Positions 11,515 through 21,488 of a DNA stretch of 64,000 bases are shown here, one piece after another. The number at the start of each line of letters is the position of its first letter. The stretch's first letter is position 1. The notes beneath the pieces were generated by a model that saw nothing but the letters and a program-made list of their open reading frames with translations, was not told the origin of the DNA and did no database searches. Source of the DNA: Candidatus Bathyarchaeota archaeon. GTDB taxonomy: Archaea; Thermoproteota; Bathyarchaeia; 40CM-2-53-6; RBG-13-38-9. The DNA lies in contig CAWECG010000002.1 of assembly GCA_963807605.1 (NCBI GenBank), positions 1 through 64,000 of the forward strand, given 5' to 3'. Both the position numbers and the translations under genes were made by a program.

Positions 11515-12876
11515 GTGGGCAGTAGTGCCAAGCGTAGCTCGGGCTTGAGCGTCTTTGCAGCCATAGCCTTCGCGGTTGGAAACATGGTGGGAGCGGGGGT
11601 CTTTGTGCTAAGTGGCATGGTTGCTAACGTTGCCGGACCTGCCGCCATAATCTCATACTTGTTATGTGGAGTCTTAGTCTCATTTTCCGCGCTATCATAT
11701 TCTGTACTTGCCAGTATATTTCCAGAAGATGGGGGAGGTTATTTATTTGTCAGAAGGATGCTTGGAAAATTCCCTGGATTCCTTACTGGCTGGGCTATGT
11801 ATCTTTCTCAACCAATCGGAATATCATTTGTACTCTTGGGTCTGGGAATATACCTCAATCTGTTGATCGGAGCAAACATCGACCCCCGAATTTTCGCCAT
11901 GGCAGCTATACTTCTGCTCATCGCATTGAACGCCAGAGGACTTTCTGAGGCGGGAAAGCTTGAGGTTGCTCTTGTAATCGTCAAGGTTGCCATTCTTGGA
12001 ATGCTCGCGGCGGTGGGGCTTATGCACATTCAGAATGTTCCCTTTACTCCTTCTCTCACTCACGGTGAAAGCGGCCTCCTGAAAGGAATCGAGATGGTAT
12101 TCTTTGCCTACGTGGGGTTTCAAGTGGTTGCTATGATGGGGGGCGAAGTAAAACAATCGAGCAGAAACGTACCCATTGCGATCTTGGCATCTATCGGGAT
12201 AGTGACAGCAGTTTATGCTGGGGTAATGATTGCACTCATTTCTGCAAATCTGCCATCTTACGGCAGTAACAGCGTATTTGATGCTTCTGTCATACTCTTG
12301 GGAGCTGGCGGGGGCATGTTAGTATCATTGGCTGCCGTTGCCTCAACACTCTCATCTGCAAACGCTAGCATAATCGGTGCGTCAAGAATCACTCTTGAGA
12401 TGGCAAGAGAGAAACAGATCCCAAGAAAGCTGGCAAGACTTAGAAACAACCAGCCTATGAATAGCATCCTTCTTGTCTCAGGGATAACGACATTTCTTAT
12501 TATCTATGGAAATCTTAGCTTCATTGTCAACCTCACGAACGTGACAGTGCTAGTTTCCATGTTTCTCGTAAATGCAAGCGCATTCAGACTGCTTAGAAAG
12601 GAGAGACAGCTGGCTTCGGACAAGACATATTTCAGAATTCCATTTGGCGTACTCTTCCCAACACTAGGAGGCATGTCCTGTGCGCTAATTCTAGCAACCA
12701 TTTCGCCAGTCACAATAGCAGTCGGAATCGTTGTCTTGCTATCAGGATCCGTTCTTTACACATTCGAAGACACACCTCAAGGATCAGAGACTGTGAAGGA
12801 TATTCGAATATTACTCAAACGCTTTTCTAGATCCCACTTCATAGCATTTATACAGTATTATTCTTCTAAGAACTAA
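11515..12876 (+). CDS. APC-family amino acid permease
   Basis: GNMVGAGVF, GGGYLF, FFAYVGF..GEVK motifs; ~12 TM helices. Confidence 0.9.
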   Translation: MGSSAKRSSGLSVFAAIAFAVGNMVGAGVFVLSGMVANVAGPAAIISYLLCGVLVSFSALSYSVLASIFPEDGGGYLFVRRMLGKFPGFLTGWAMYLSQPIGISFVLLGLGIYLNLLIGANIDPRIFAMAAILLLIALNARGLSEAGKLEVALVIVKVAILGMLAAVGLMHIQNVPFTPSLTHGESGLLKGIEMVFFAYVGFQVVAMMGGEVKQSSRNVPIAILASIGIVTAVYAGVMIALISANLPSYGSNSVFDASVILLGAGGGMLVSLAAVASTLSSANASIIGASRITLEMAREKQIPRKLARLRNNQPMNSILLVSGITTFLIIYGNLSFIVNLTNVTVLVSMFLVNASAFRLLRKERQLASDKTYFRIPFGVLFPTLGGMSCALILATISPVTIAVGIVVLLSGSVLYTFEDTPQGSETVKDIRILLKRFSRSHFIAFIQYYSSKN

Positions 12877-13007
12877 AGTTCATAAGTTGAGCTAGAAGAC
12901 AGACTTAGTTTTCTCTTTTGTCATCTCTCGGAGCAGCACATTCTGGTGAGTTCCTCATATACAGAATGATACCTACGCTCTGTTCCATGTCTGGTTTCTC
13001 ATGAAAA

Positions 13008-13092
13008 GGTTCAAATCCAGGGCCCGAACCCCGCGCGAGTTTTGAGCCCAAATCCAGCACCGTTAACGCATCGAATCCCGTCGGGCCAGCCA
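13008..13092 (+). repeat. tRNA 3'-end remnant (att-like) with flank homologous to 357-445
   Basis: TCGAATCCCGTCGGGCCAGCCA (T-loop to CCA) preceded by TTTTGAGCCCAAATCC..CCGTTAAC also seen at ~391-420. Confidence 0.6.
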
Positions 13093-13190
13093 AAATCTCC
13101 TCCAGGCGGCATAGCTATTTCTCAGTAAATACAGGATATGCCAGAAAGAAAATTCCGAAAATGCCACGCGCTACCTGAAGCTTTCTATTC

Positions 13191-13787
13191 TTGAGAGTGT
13201 CGAGTAGCTTGTTAGATGGAGGAAAGAGATTGGCATCAAAAATTGCGATAGTAGGGTCAGGTTTTGTTGGCTCAAGCTTTGCTTACGCTCTTATGATTCA
13301 AGGCATCGTGTCTGAGATAGTCTTGATTGATGTTGACAAGAAGAGGGCTCAAGGAGAAGCCTTGGATTTGAACCATGGAATGTCCTTTGTTCATCCTTCG
13401 AGAATATGGTCGGGTGATTACAAAGAATGTAAAGACGCCGATATAGTTGTAGTTACTGCGGGACTGGCTCAAAGGCCTGGTGAAACCCGATTGGATCTGG
13501 TGCACAACAATGTTGAGATATTCCGCCAGATCATACCCCAAATAGTAAAGTACAACCGAGATTGCATAATCCTGGTCGCAACCAACCCTGTTGACCTAAT
13601 GACTTACATAGCCCTTAAGCTCTCGAATTTTCATAGTATCAAGGTCATAGGTTCTGGCACAATCCTTGATACTTCCAGATTGCGCTATTTAATAGCAGAA
13701 TATATGGAAGTTGATCCGAGGAACGTTCAGGTAACAAAAGTGCCCGCTTGGATAAAGTCTCTTAGACGTTCGATTCCTATCCTTTAG
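13191..13787 (+). pseudogene. ldh: L-lactate/malate dehydrogenase, 3'-truncated after ~13728
   Basis: GSGFVG, TAG..QRPGETRLDL, ATNPVD, GSGTILDTSRLR; catalytic GEHG segment missing. Confidence 0.85.
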
Positions 13788-14182
13788 TCTTCAAGTTTTG
13801 GAGGGGTATTGTTGTGCCGAAGGTGTTACAGCATATGATTTCAGACATCACGATTGTATTGCACGTGAGTTGAACACTGTTGTTGCGCGATGATTCTAGG
13901 CGTTGACTGACGGTACGCAATTCTACTCATAATCTATAACTTATCAGGCGATCTTGGGTTGTCAATAGAGTAGGCCAAGCCTTTATGAAACTTGCATAAT
14001 GTGGCTATGAATTTGCTTGAAGAGACTCGCGATCACATGATAGAACTGGAAGAGCTATTGACACCTTCCCGTTCTGCGTGACCGTGGTTATGTATTCAAA
14101 AAGAACTCTTGACGGTTGCTGAACATTCTTTTTTATTTGCAACACTAAGAGTATGGGGACGAAAGTGCTTCCTTCAGCGGTC

Positions 14183-14208
14183 AAAACCGTCCGAGACGGG
14201 TTTTTTTT
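14183..14208 (+). terminator. Hairpin followed by T8 (terminator-like)
   Basis: AAAACCGTC-CGA-GACGGG-TTTTTTTT. Confidence 0.4.
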
Positions 14209-14244
14209 GGCACTTCGCGAAGTTGATGACTAGATACTCTGGGC

Positions 14245-14725
14245 ATGCAGGCGACGATTGCTTCACAGTCAAACATAGTATTCAGCTATGATCAAAGCGT
14301 CGACATTGAAAATTGGATGGTGAATTTGATGGAAGCAAATTACGATTTTCAGATTCGTGCACTTGTAATGGACATAAGCCTCAAGTTTCAAAAAGGCCAG
14401 TTTGTGGATGCTGAGAGGCTATCCTCCAGACAATATGAGCTTCTGGTTAAACTTCAAGAACAGTCAGGAAATCGAATACACAAAGGCGGAGCTTTGTTCA
14501 ACCTAGCCATTTCCCAGTGGTTTCAAGGGAAGACTCCCGAATCGCTTAGACATGGGCTCTTGGCTTATGTCGAAGACTTGATCTCATCGTCAACTGAGTT
14601 CGAAGTAGATGGCTCTCCTGCATGCCTTTTCTTGCGTGACAGGTGCGGAGCAGCTTGGTCAGACCTTTCGCCAGTTGAACAGGAAGTTCTCTCTTGGAAG
14701 AGAAAAACAAGACTTCTATATTACC
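14245..14725 (+). pseudogene. Hypothetical TPR-like protein, 3' end replaced by IS110 remnant
   Basis: HKGGALFNLAISQW helix pattern; ORF tail is antisense IS110 sequence. Confidence 0.45.
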
Positions 14726-14759
14726 CGACAAGATACTTGATTGTAGGCCTGAAGTACTT

Positions 14760-15110
14760 CGCTCTCAACCAATTCTTTAAGGTCTCAATGTCTTCAAGGT
14801 TCTTCTCGAAGCTACGTGTTTCACATCTTCTGCTCGTCAGGATCCTAGCCGTAAAACCGTTTCTATGGACGTCTACACCACACGCCTTCTGAATCATTCC
14901 CTCATACACCTCCATTCACATCGATGATGTGGAGAGAAGCCTCTAGGTCATCCAACTGGGCACGTTGCCATTCAAGCTCAAAGCTTACTCTTCTAACCGC
15001 ATAGGAGGCTCAGACCCTGTTCAGAGTCGAGGTCAAACCTCAAACTACCGACGGTCATCCTCCCACATCACCAAGGAAAGGCACGGAACACGAAGACAAA
15101 ACCCTTCACA
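14760..15110 (-). mobile_element. IS110-family remnant: transposase N-terminus plus upstream non-coding end
   Basis: MIQKACGVDVHRNGFTARIL...SFEKNLEDIETLKNWL (DEDD RuvC-like start), GGAGGTG RBS, structured upstream region. Confidence 0.75.
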
Positions 15111-15141
15111 TGCCGCCTCTAATGGCGAAGCCTCTGTGCGT

Positions 15142-15333
15142 TCAGTTCCTCCTCTTTCTCTTCTTCTTCGGCGCTGGCGTTGGCTTCTCGGCTGTTTTTG
15201 CCTCTTCCTTTTTCTCCTCAGGCTCAGGCTTAGCCGCTTCCACAGGTTTAGCTTCCTCCTTCGCTTCTTCAGGTTTGGGGGCTTCTGTAGGAACGGTTTC
15301 AACAGGCCTCTCAGCGGCTGATGGTTCAGATAA
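15142..15333 (-). CDS. Small E/K/P/A-rich protein with basic tail (no canonical start codon)
   Basis: Manual translation SEPSAAERPVETVPTEAPKPEEAKEEAKPVEAAKPEPEEKKEEAKTAEKPTPAPKKKRKRRN; GGAGGTGA RBS upstream. Confidence 0.4.
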   Translation of the reverse strand, partial: LSEPSAAERPVETVPTEAPKPEEAKEEAKPVEAAKPEPEEKKEEAKTAEKPTPAPKKKRKRRN

Positions 15334-15611
15334 TTCTACTCACCTCCGGTTGATTGATTCTAAATGACCAAGTTCTCCTCATCACTAACGGTTCTTGTTC
15401 GTAGTGGATGAGCTCTTTCTCTTCGAGAGTCCTCTGAAGTGTTGCTGCGGCACGACGTACCTCTACTTGTGGATACTCTCATTCAGTCATCTCTTTTGTG
15501 TCATTTGGTTATCTTACGAACCGCATAGGTTCATGATCGGCGTCCAAGTTCTTTCTTCCTCTAGACCTGAGGTAACTTTGATTGTTTGTTCGTAGGATTT
15601 CGTTGCGATTT

Positions 15612-15887
15612 CTACGGCCTTTCTTGGCACAGCCCTGATTCTCTCAGATTTGACAACGCAATTTTATCGCAAATCCTCTTCAACTGAATAAGTAAAGCTG
15701 TCTTCGAGTTGCTCTTAGTGTTTGACCCCTTCGAAATCATCATAAGGCCTGAGACGATGACGAATACTACAGCGACCATCTGTGTGGCAAGGTGGATTGA
15801 TTGCAGTACGTGAAAGTATGGAACGAGGATACTGAGTCCGAGGAATAGTAGGGCTATCCCAACAAGTATGCTCTCAATGTTCTTCAT
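15612..15887 (-). CDS. Small 2-TM hypothetical protein
   Basis: Two hydrophobic helices; start overlaps the stop of the upstream ORF (ATGA). Confidence 0.5.
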   Translation of the reverse strand: MKNIESILVGIALLFLGLSILVPYFHVLQSIHLATQMVAVVFVIVSGLMMISKGSNTKSNSKTALLIQLKRICDKIALSNLRESGLCQERP

Positions 15888-16123
15888 TTTACTTTTTCAC
15901 TAACTAGCAGCACGCGTCTTCCCATCACCTGGACCTCGTAGCCTAGCTCAATCGCAACTGCAGAGATTGCGCCAGCCAGAATTCCCCAACCGATGCCGGT
16001 CAGGCCTGTATAGCCGAGCTTCTCAAACAGGAGAGTCAAGGGAATTATTGGGCCTCCGAACTCTGTGATCATCCTCTCTATCTTGCCCCTTAGTTTGTTG
16101 ATGTCGTCGACCCGCATGGTCAT
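15884..16123 (-). CDS. Small hypothetical protein
   Basis: 79 aa; AT-rich promoter-like sequence just upstream. Confidence 0.55.
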   Translation of the reverse strand: MTMRVDDINKLRGKIERMITEFGGPIIPLTLLFEKLGYTGLTGIGWGILAGAISAVAIELGYEVQVMGRRVLLVSEKVK

Positions 16124-16283
16124 TCCATTATATTGGAATATATTCCAATATATAAGTTTATTTGAAATGCAAGGCTCACGTCCGCGAATCTACGATAGCT
16201 ACGCTCTACTTCTTCCGAGTCAAACAGAAGAATTCGACTGTTGATGTAAGCGCCACGCGCGCATCATGGAAATTTACTCGCCA

Positions 16284-16592
16284 TCATACATATAACGATT
16301 CAGGAGGCTTTCCAACCATTTTCGCTATCTCAAACTTGACTTTGTCTTCTAGCTTTGATGCATCCTTAGATATTATTATGAACTTTTCCTTTAACGCCTT
16401 TTTCAGAGTATTGTCTTTATATCCAATTTCTTTTAGCAGTTCATATTTTATGAAACCTCCATAGCCACCTATATGGAGTAGCATCTGGTATTCTCGAGTC
16501 AATTCAGAGGGAACTCGCCCAGCTACGCCAAACCACTTCTTTACAAACGCTAAACCTTCTTCAGTCAAAATAACAAAGTCGTCTGAATTCAT
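16284..16592 (-). CDS. Hypothetical protein (possible winged helix)
   Basis: ORF with typical coding composition. Confidence 0.45.
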   Translation of the reverse strand: MNSDDFVILTEEGLAFVKKWFGVAGRVPSELTREYQMLLHIGGYGGFIKYELLKEIGYKDNTLKKALKEKFIIISKDASKLEDKVKFEIAKMVGKPPESLYV

Positions 16593-16729
16593 GATTCTTG
16601 TCTCCCAGTAACTAGATGAATATCTCAAAAATAAGGTCCACGCTATCTTGATAGAAACGTTGATGTCAAGGTAATGACAGGAACCGAAAGAATACTGGAG
16701 AAAGAGATTATATGGGTATGGATCGGCTG

Positions 16730-17800
16730 GGCTGTGGAAAGTTAATGTTCTTCTTCTCTGATGGTTGTGCGGTTGGCGATTCCGATGTTGTAGCTGAGGG
16801 TTTTGAGGTGGAGTTCTCGTCTCTGGGTGGTTCTATTGCGACTGGATAAGTGGTTTCCGTAGCATCGTTTTAAGACGCTGTATACGGTTTCGGCTTTGCT
16901 GCGTTGGTGGTACCGTTTCAGGAAGGATTCCTTATCCTCAAGCCGCAGCCGGATCATGTCGCGCCATGGTTGGCTTCCACGTTTCCGGATGGTTGTGTTC
17001 CGTTTGGGTTTGATGATTGGGGTGTGGCCTTTCTTGGCGACGAGGTTGTTGTTTCGCCGGGAGAGGTATGCGGGGTCTAGGCATGTGTCGCCTCTGTCTT
17101 TGGGTATGGGTTTGAGAAGGCTCTTGAGGATGGGTGAGTCGTGTCTGGTGCCTTTCGTTATGTTCTGGTTTAGGATGGCGAGGTTGTGGAGGGCTATGAG
17201 GATGTGGAGTTTCAGGTACTTCTGTCGTTTCTTCTCTCCTTTGACGGTTAGCCATGTCTGGTAGCGGAGGATGCTGAAGCCTGTGCTGTCTACTGCTAGC
17301 CTCCTTTTTGGTAGGGTTTCGTCAGCCTGCGAAGGTAGGGCTCTGGCAAACGGAGCATGTGGTTCCTGATGGTTGTGTGGCTGGGTGTCTTCTCCAAGCC
17401 GATTTTGACTCGTTGCTCCGGGAAGGCGCGTAGGTAGGCGCTGATGCTCCGGTAGTCGATGCCCAGCCATGTCTTGAGGAGAAGAAGGATGACCATGACT
17501 TTCGTTGGGTAAGGTGGTTGTCCAAGTTTGCTAGGTGTCCATGGGGCTGGGTTGGAGTCGACGAGGTTCTTGGTTTTCGCCAAGAAGAGGTTCACCTCAT
17601 TCCGCCTGTACCGCTCGTAGCCTTTCCAGTCACGTTCATACCTCCGCCAGTCACGGTCTTCTCGACTTTTCCCAGTCATTATCCATCGGATTAGATATCT
17701 TCACGCATAATCTTGGCATTTTAGGACATTGCGGTGACAAGTTCGCCGAGACGGAAACAAGACGTTTAACAGGAGCTTTATATACTAACTTTCCACAGCC
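16730..17800 (-). mobile_element. Complete IS5-family insertion sequence (1071 bp)
   Basis: 15-bp perfect TIRs GGCTGTGGAAAGTTA (16730-16744) / TAACTTTCCACAGCC (17786-17800); 9-bp TSD GATCGGCTG at 16721-16729 and 17801-17809. Confidence 0.95.
16742..17679 (-). CDS. IS5-family DDE transposase encoded in two ORFs joined by a -1 frameshift at CAAAAAG (~17305)
   Basis: orfA 17296-17679; orfB with LAVDSTGF, KLHI, HDS, DPAY, YHQRSKAETVYSVLKR. Confidence 0.88.
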
Positions 17801-18123
17801 GATCGGCTGATTGCTTTTTAGCTATATCTTTTGGCTAGGAAGAGCGAGATAAGTGCTGCAAGTATCACCGTAAATATGACCCCTACGACTTTGGTTCTGT
17901 TATCCATATTTCATTCACCTCTTTCCACAACGCATTGTTGCTGCAAGAATCAACATAGTAGATTAAAAGGAATATTCAAGACTTGCATCTGTCATGTGCT
18001 GAAATATCGAATATCGATATAATAGAAGAATTGCAGAAAGCAGCTAACCTGCGCAGGTAGACATCCGCAGTAATCTCTAAGCCTCTGGCTAAATTATCAT
18101 ACCAACGTTTGAGAGTCTTATCC

Positions 18124-18552
18124 TCAAGAAGTAGAAATATTAGGGTTGGCGTCCTCCTTCAGCGTTGTTTGAGCATCCTTAAGCTTAGAACGAATGAATT
18201 CGCTACGATTCCGCATTTTGCTTAAATTTTCTTTGAGCTCTTTTGAGACGCGAAAACTGATGAAAGTGTCCATTCTACCTGTTTGAACTGATGCTTGAAG
18301 TTCAGATCGAAGCTGTTGTTCTTCTTGGAAGGAGAGAGGTTTCTCACCGTTTACCTCAAGTATTCTGGCTTGTAGTTGGGGACTCAATGCTTGTAGGTGT
18401 GTAATGCCAAGGTTAACAGCGATTTCGGCGATCTTGTTAGTCTTTACGAGGTAATTGTGTTCGCTTTCAAGCAGGTGCAGTTTCTCCCACGTTGTCCCCT
18501 TCCACCTGAAGGAGCGGACTCGCCCACTATACGAAAGGTGAGAAAGAAACAT
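18124..18552 (-). CDS. Hypothetical protein with C-terminal ribbon-helix-helix
   Basis: TFISFRVSKELKENLSKMRNRSEFIRSKL. Confidence 0.5.
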   Translation of the reverse strand: MFLSHLSYSGRVRSFRWKGTTWEKLHLLESEHNYLVKTNKIAEIAVNLGITHLQALSPQLQARILEVNGEKPLSFQEEQQLRSELQASVQTGRMDTFISFRVSKELKENLSKMRNRSEFIRSKLKDAQTTLKEDANPNISTS

Positions 18553-19006
18553 ACTCTGAGGCGAAGTGTCTTAATTGTGGCAAAAGTTTCGTACCGGAGC
18601 TAGAAGAAGCACCATCTCCAAACATCGGCTACCAACCATATAACTGGCTAGACTTGCTACAGAAGAAATTGGTCGTTGAGACAAGAAAAGGATTGAAAAT
18701 TCAAGCCGAAGTTATTAGTGTCTATACCACAGTTAAAGTCACGACTGAGACAGGCTATCTGTGGGCTGGCGATCAGGTGGTGGTCGAGATGAAAGAGAAT
18801 GTAATAGACATAGATTCCCCCCCTAATGGTTATGGAGTCTAACACACTGATGGGGATTATGTGGGCGACCGGCATAAGCCCTCAAGGTTACACAACGGGA
18901 ATCGTTCAACCCATTACGCAACCTCGAATGTTTACTGACGCTAGAAAATGATTCGGTAGCACGTATCCCCTTTATATTGCGAACTAGACATTCTCTTTGA
19001 GTAACT

Positions 19007-20036
19007 TTGGCCGACAGAATGCATGCTTATTTTGAGGATGATGAGCGTCTTCAAAGATGGTTAAATGGGTTAGCATTGGGGAGTCCTATTACAGCTGAGA
19101 CTGCCCGGAGAAGACTAGGCAAACTATGTGAGTTGCTATCAGCCACACCACAAGAGTTGCTGGAATCTGCCAAGAAGGATTTGAATGCTTTTCAAAAGAC
19201 TCTGGAAGTTCTGGTTACCAGACTAGAAGATGAGAAGAAATCCCCAAGCTCTATAGTAGGGATCCTAGGGGCAGTCAGAATCTTGGCTAAAATATAATGA
19301 CCTTACACTTAGAAGAATCAAAGTGAGAAACAGAAACGCTACTCCGACTATAGAGGATGAGCATATCCCAACACAGGCAGAACTGGCGAGGATACTTAGA
19401 GATTCTCCACCTAGGATACGTGTGGCTGAAGTTCTAATGGCATTTGCAGTCCTTAGACCTGGAATCATTTGCAACCATGATGGTAGCGATGGATTAACTA
19501 TCGGAGACCTACCTGAATTAAAGATAGAGAATAACAAAGTGACCTTTGAGAAGATCCCTACCAGGGTCATGGTTAGATTTTTACTAGCCAAGACCGGAAA
19601 GCGATACTTTACATTTCTCTCGCAAGAGGGATGCGACTACCTCAAAGAATACCTTGAACAGAGAATACGCAGCGGTGAGAAAATAACTCCAGACACACCA
19701 TTAATCGGGCATGCACATTCGCATACCCATCGTGGTGCTGTGAAGACAGAATTCGTCAAGACAAGAAACATAACTTATTTCATCAAAAAGTACATGAGAG
19801 CAGCTCGAGTATACAAAATACCCTACGTTCTTAGAGCCTACGCAGAAACCCAACTTAGCATCGCTGAATCCAAAGGAAAGATAAGCCATCCCTACTTACA
19901 ATTCATTGCAGGATACATAGGTGATAGTGAATCCAACCATAGCACAAACAAGGGTAGCATCCAAGACATTATCGAGGATATAAGGACGCAATACCGAGCA
20001 TGTGAACCATTCCTAAACACTTCTTCAGAAGCATAA
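19007..20036 (+). pseudogene. Tyrosine recombinase/integrase, frameshifted ~19290; paralog of 47792-49306
   Basis: LMAFAVLRPG..GLTIGDLPEL, PYVLRAY, HPYLQF; final H/Y residues degenerate (AGYIG...NHS). Confidence 0.85.
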
Positions 20037-20100
20037 GTTACCCATGATTGAATTCATGGACTTTCTTTGTTATTAATACCGCCATTTCAAGCCCATGGTT

Positions 20101-20343
20101 TTAGCCCTGGGTCTCAGACCCGCTTCTCATCTTTCTAAGAGTCTTCATTACCGTCTTTTGTTCCTCCATACTATGACAATCGCCAAATTTCAAGAATTCA
20201 TATAGGCGGGTAACAATATTCGATAGAGACAATGGGATGGCATATAATTTGAGGCGTACCACTATATTTTCTACCAGTTCTTTCTCTGAACCTGTGAACT
20301 TAACATGGTTCTTTTCTTCCAATCTTTCTAGAATTGTACTCAT
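20101..20343 (-). CDS. Hypothetical protein
   Basis: 80 aa, coupled to upstream ORF, GGGGGTGG RBS-like sequence. Confidence 0.5.
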   Translation of the reverse strand: MSTILERLEEKNHVKFTGSEKELVENIVVRLKLYAIPLSLSNIVTRLYEFLKFGDCHSMEEQKTVMKTLRKMRSGSETQG

Positions 20344-20780
20344 GTTGTTACCACCCCCTCCTGATCTTTTTCTTTAGATTCCTTTACTATCTCTATCCCC
20401 CGTTTCCTCGTTCTTTCTTCTCTCCGTAGTAGTTTCGTCTCTTCGAAATAATCTTCATAAGTCTTATTGTTGTTAGGCTTGGTTGGGGGTGTTGTTGGTG
20501 GTGTGGATATCTCTGACGTGAATGTTTCTGGTGGAGGTATAGGGGGTTTTGGTGTGGTTGGTTCAGTTTCTCCTTGAGTTGTTTCTGGTGTGGTTATCTC
20601 TGTTTCTTCCGTTGTGGTTGGTGTAGGTACTGTTTCAGCCGTGGTGGGTTCTTGATCTTGTATTGTGAGTCCTTGAAGGGCTGAAAATGCTGCAAAAGTC
20701 TTTGGATATGCTTGTTTAAGTTGTTCTACACGAGCCACATTTGTAGTATCAAGGAACTCCGAAGCTGTACTTGCATACAT
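20340..20780 (-). CDS. Thr/Pro/Glu-rich low-complexity protein (MGE-like)
   Basis: TTPETTQGETEPTTPKPPIPPPE. Confidence 0.5.
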   Translation of the reverse strand: MYASTASEFLDTTNVARVEQLKQAYPKTFAAFSALQGLTIQDQEPTTAETVPTPTTTEETEITTPETTQGETEPTTPKPPIPPPETFTSEISTPPTTPPTKPNNNKTYEDYFEETKLLRREERTRKRGIEIVKESKEKDQEGVVTT

Positions 20781-20867
20781 TTCTTGTATTACATTATCGA
20801 CGATGGGAGCGTTCTTGTGTGTGTCTGTAAAAGTTGTTCCTTTAGAGCATATTACATGGAAAGGTCA

Positions 20868-21059
20868 AAAAATAACAATCGAAAGATGGAACGATTCAAC
20901 GGTGAAGTGAGAGATAGAGAGAAGGTCATGCGAGGTTTGAAGCGTGAAGACACACCTATTCTAGCAGGCTATCAAATTTATCACAACTATGTTAGACCAC
21001 ACGAAGCACTAGATGGTAAGACTCCTGCCGAGGCTTGTGGAATCAAGGTCGAAGGCTAA
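20868..21059 (+). pseudogene. IS6-like DDE transposase C-terminal fragment
   Basis: NNNRKMERFNGEVRDREKVMRGLK..YHNYVRPHEALDGKTPAEACGI. Confidence 0.8.
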
Positions 21060-21230
21060 GTATCTCTATCTGTTGAAGGATCGAAAGGTTGAGCGTTGGT
21101 ATCTGAATGTTGCTAGAGGTTCGCAGATCACTGCGGATGTCTACTTGAGGCGTTTGGGTTTCTTTTGTTCTGATCGTGGTTTGACGCCTGGACAGCTGGC
21201 GAGGTTGAGTGAGCAGAAGTCGGTGCAGGC
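21058..21230 (+). pseudogene. Integrase N-terminal fragment (same family as 47792-49306)
   Basis: LLKDRKVERWYLNVARGSQITADVYLRRLG vs LLKDEKVRRWLGNLGRGSKITAEVKWRQIG. Confidence 0.75.
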
Positions 21231-21488
21231 AAAGGAAATTCTAGATTTCATTCGAGATAAGATGAAGCACTCTCTATCTAAAGCAGACTAGCATACTGCT
21301 AGAATAAACGGCAGCGCGCGAAATACTCACTATTGCAGGTACACATACGTACGGTCATCGAACGGCTATCAACTACAGCCGCTATTACCTGTGAATCCAA
21401 CGGACGAATCAGAACACAAATATCTATAACAGGTATTCTGTCAAATGACGGTATGCGCTCGGGGTGGATCTGAAGAAGGGTTTTTTGC

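Noticed and set aside
2971-18898. CAAGGTTACAC motif at ~2978 and ~18883 (upstream of an integrase)
   Set aside because: Short match without dyad structure; cannot be distinguished from chance.
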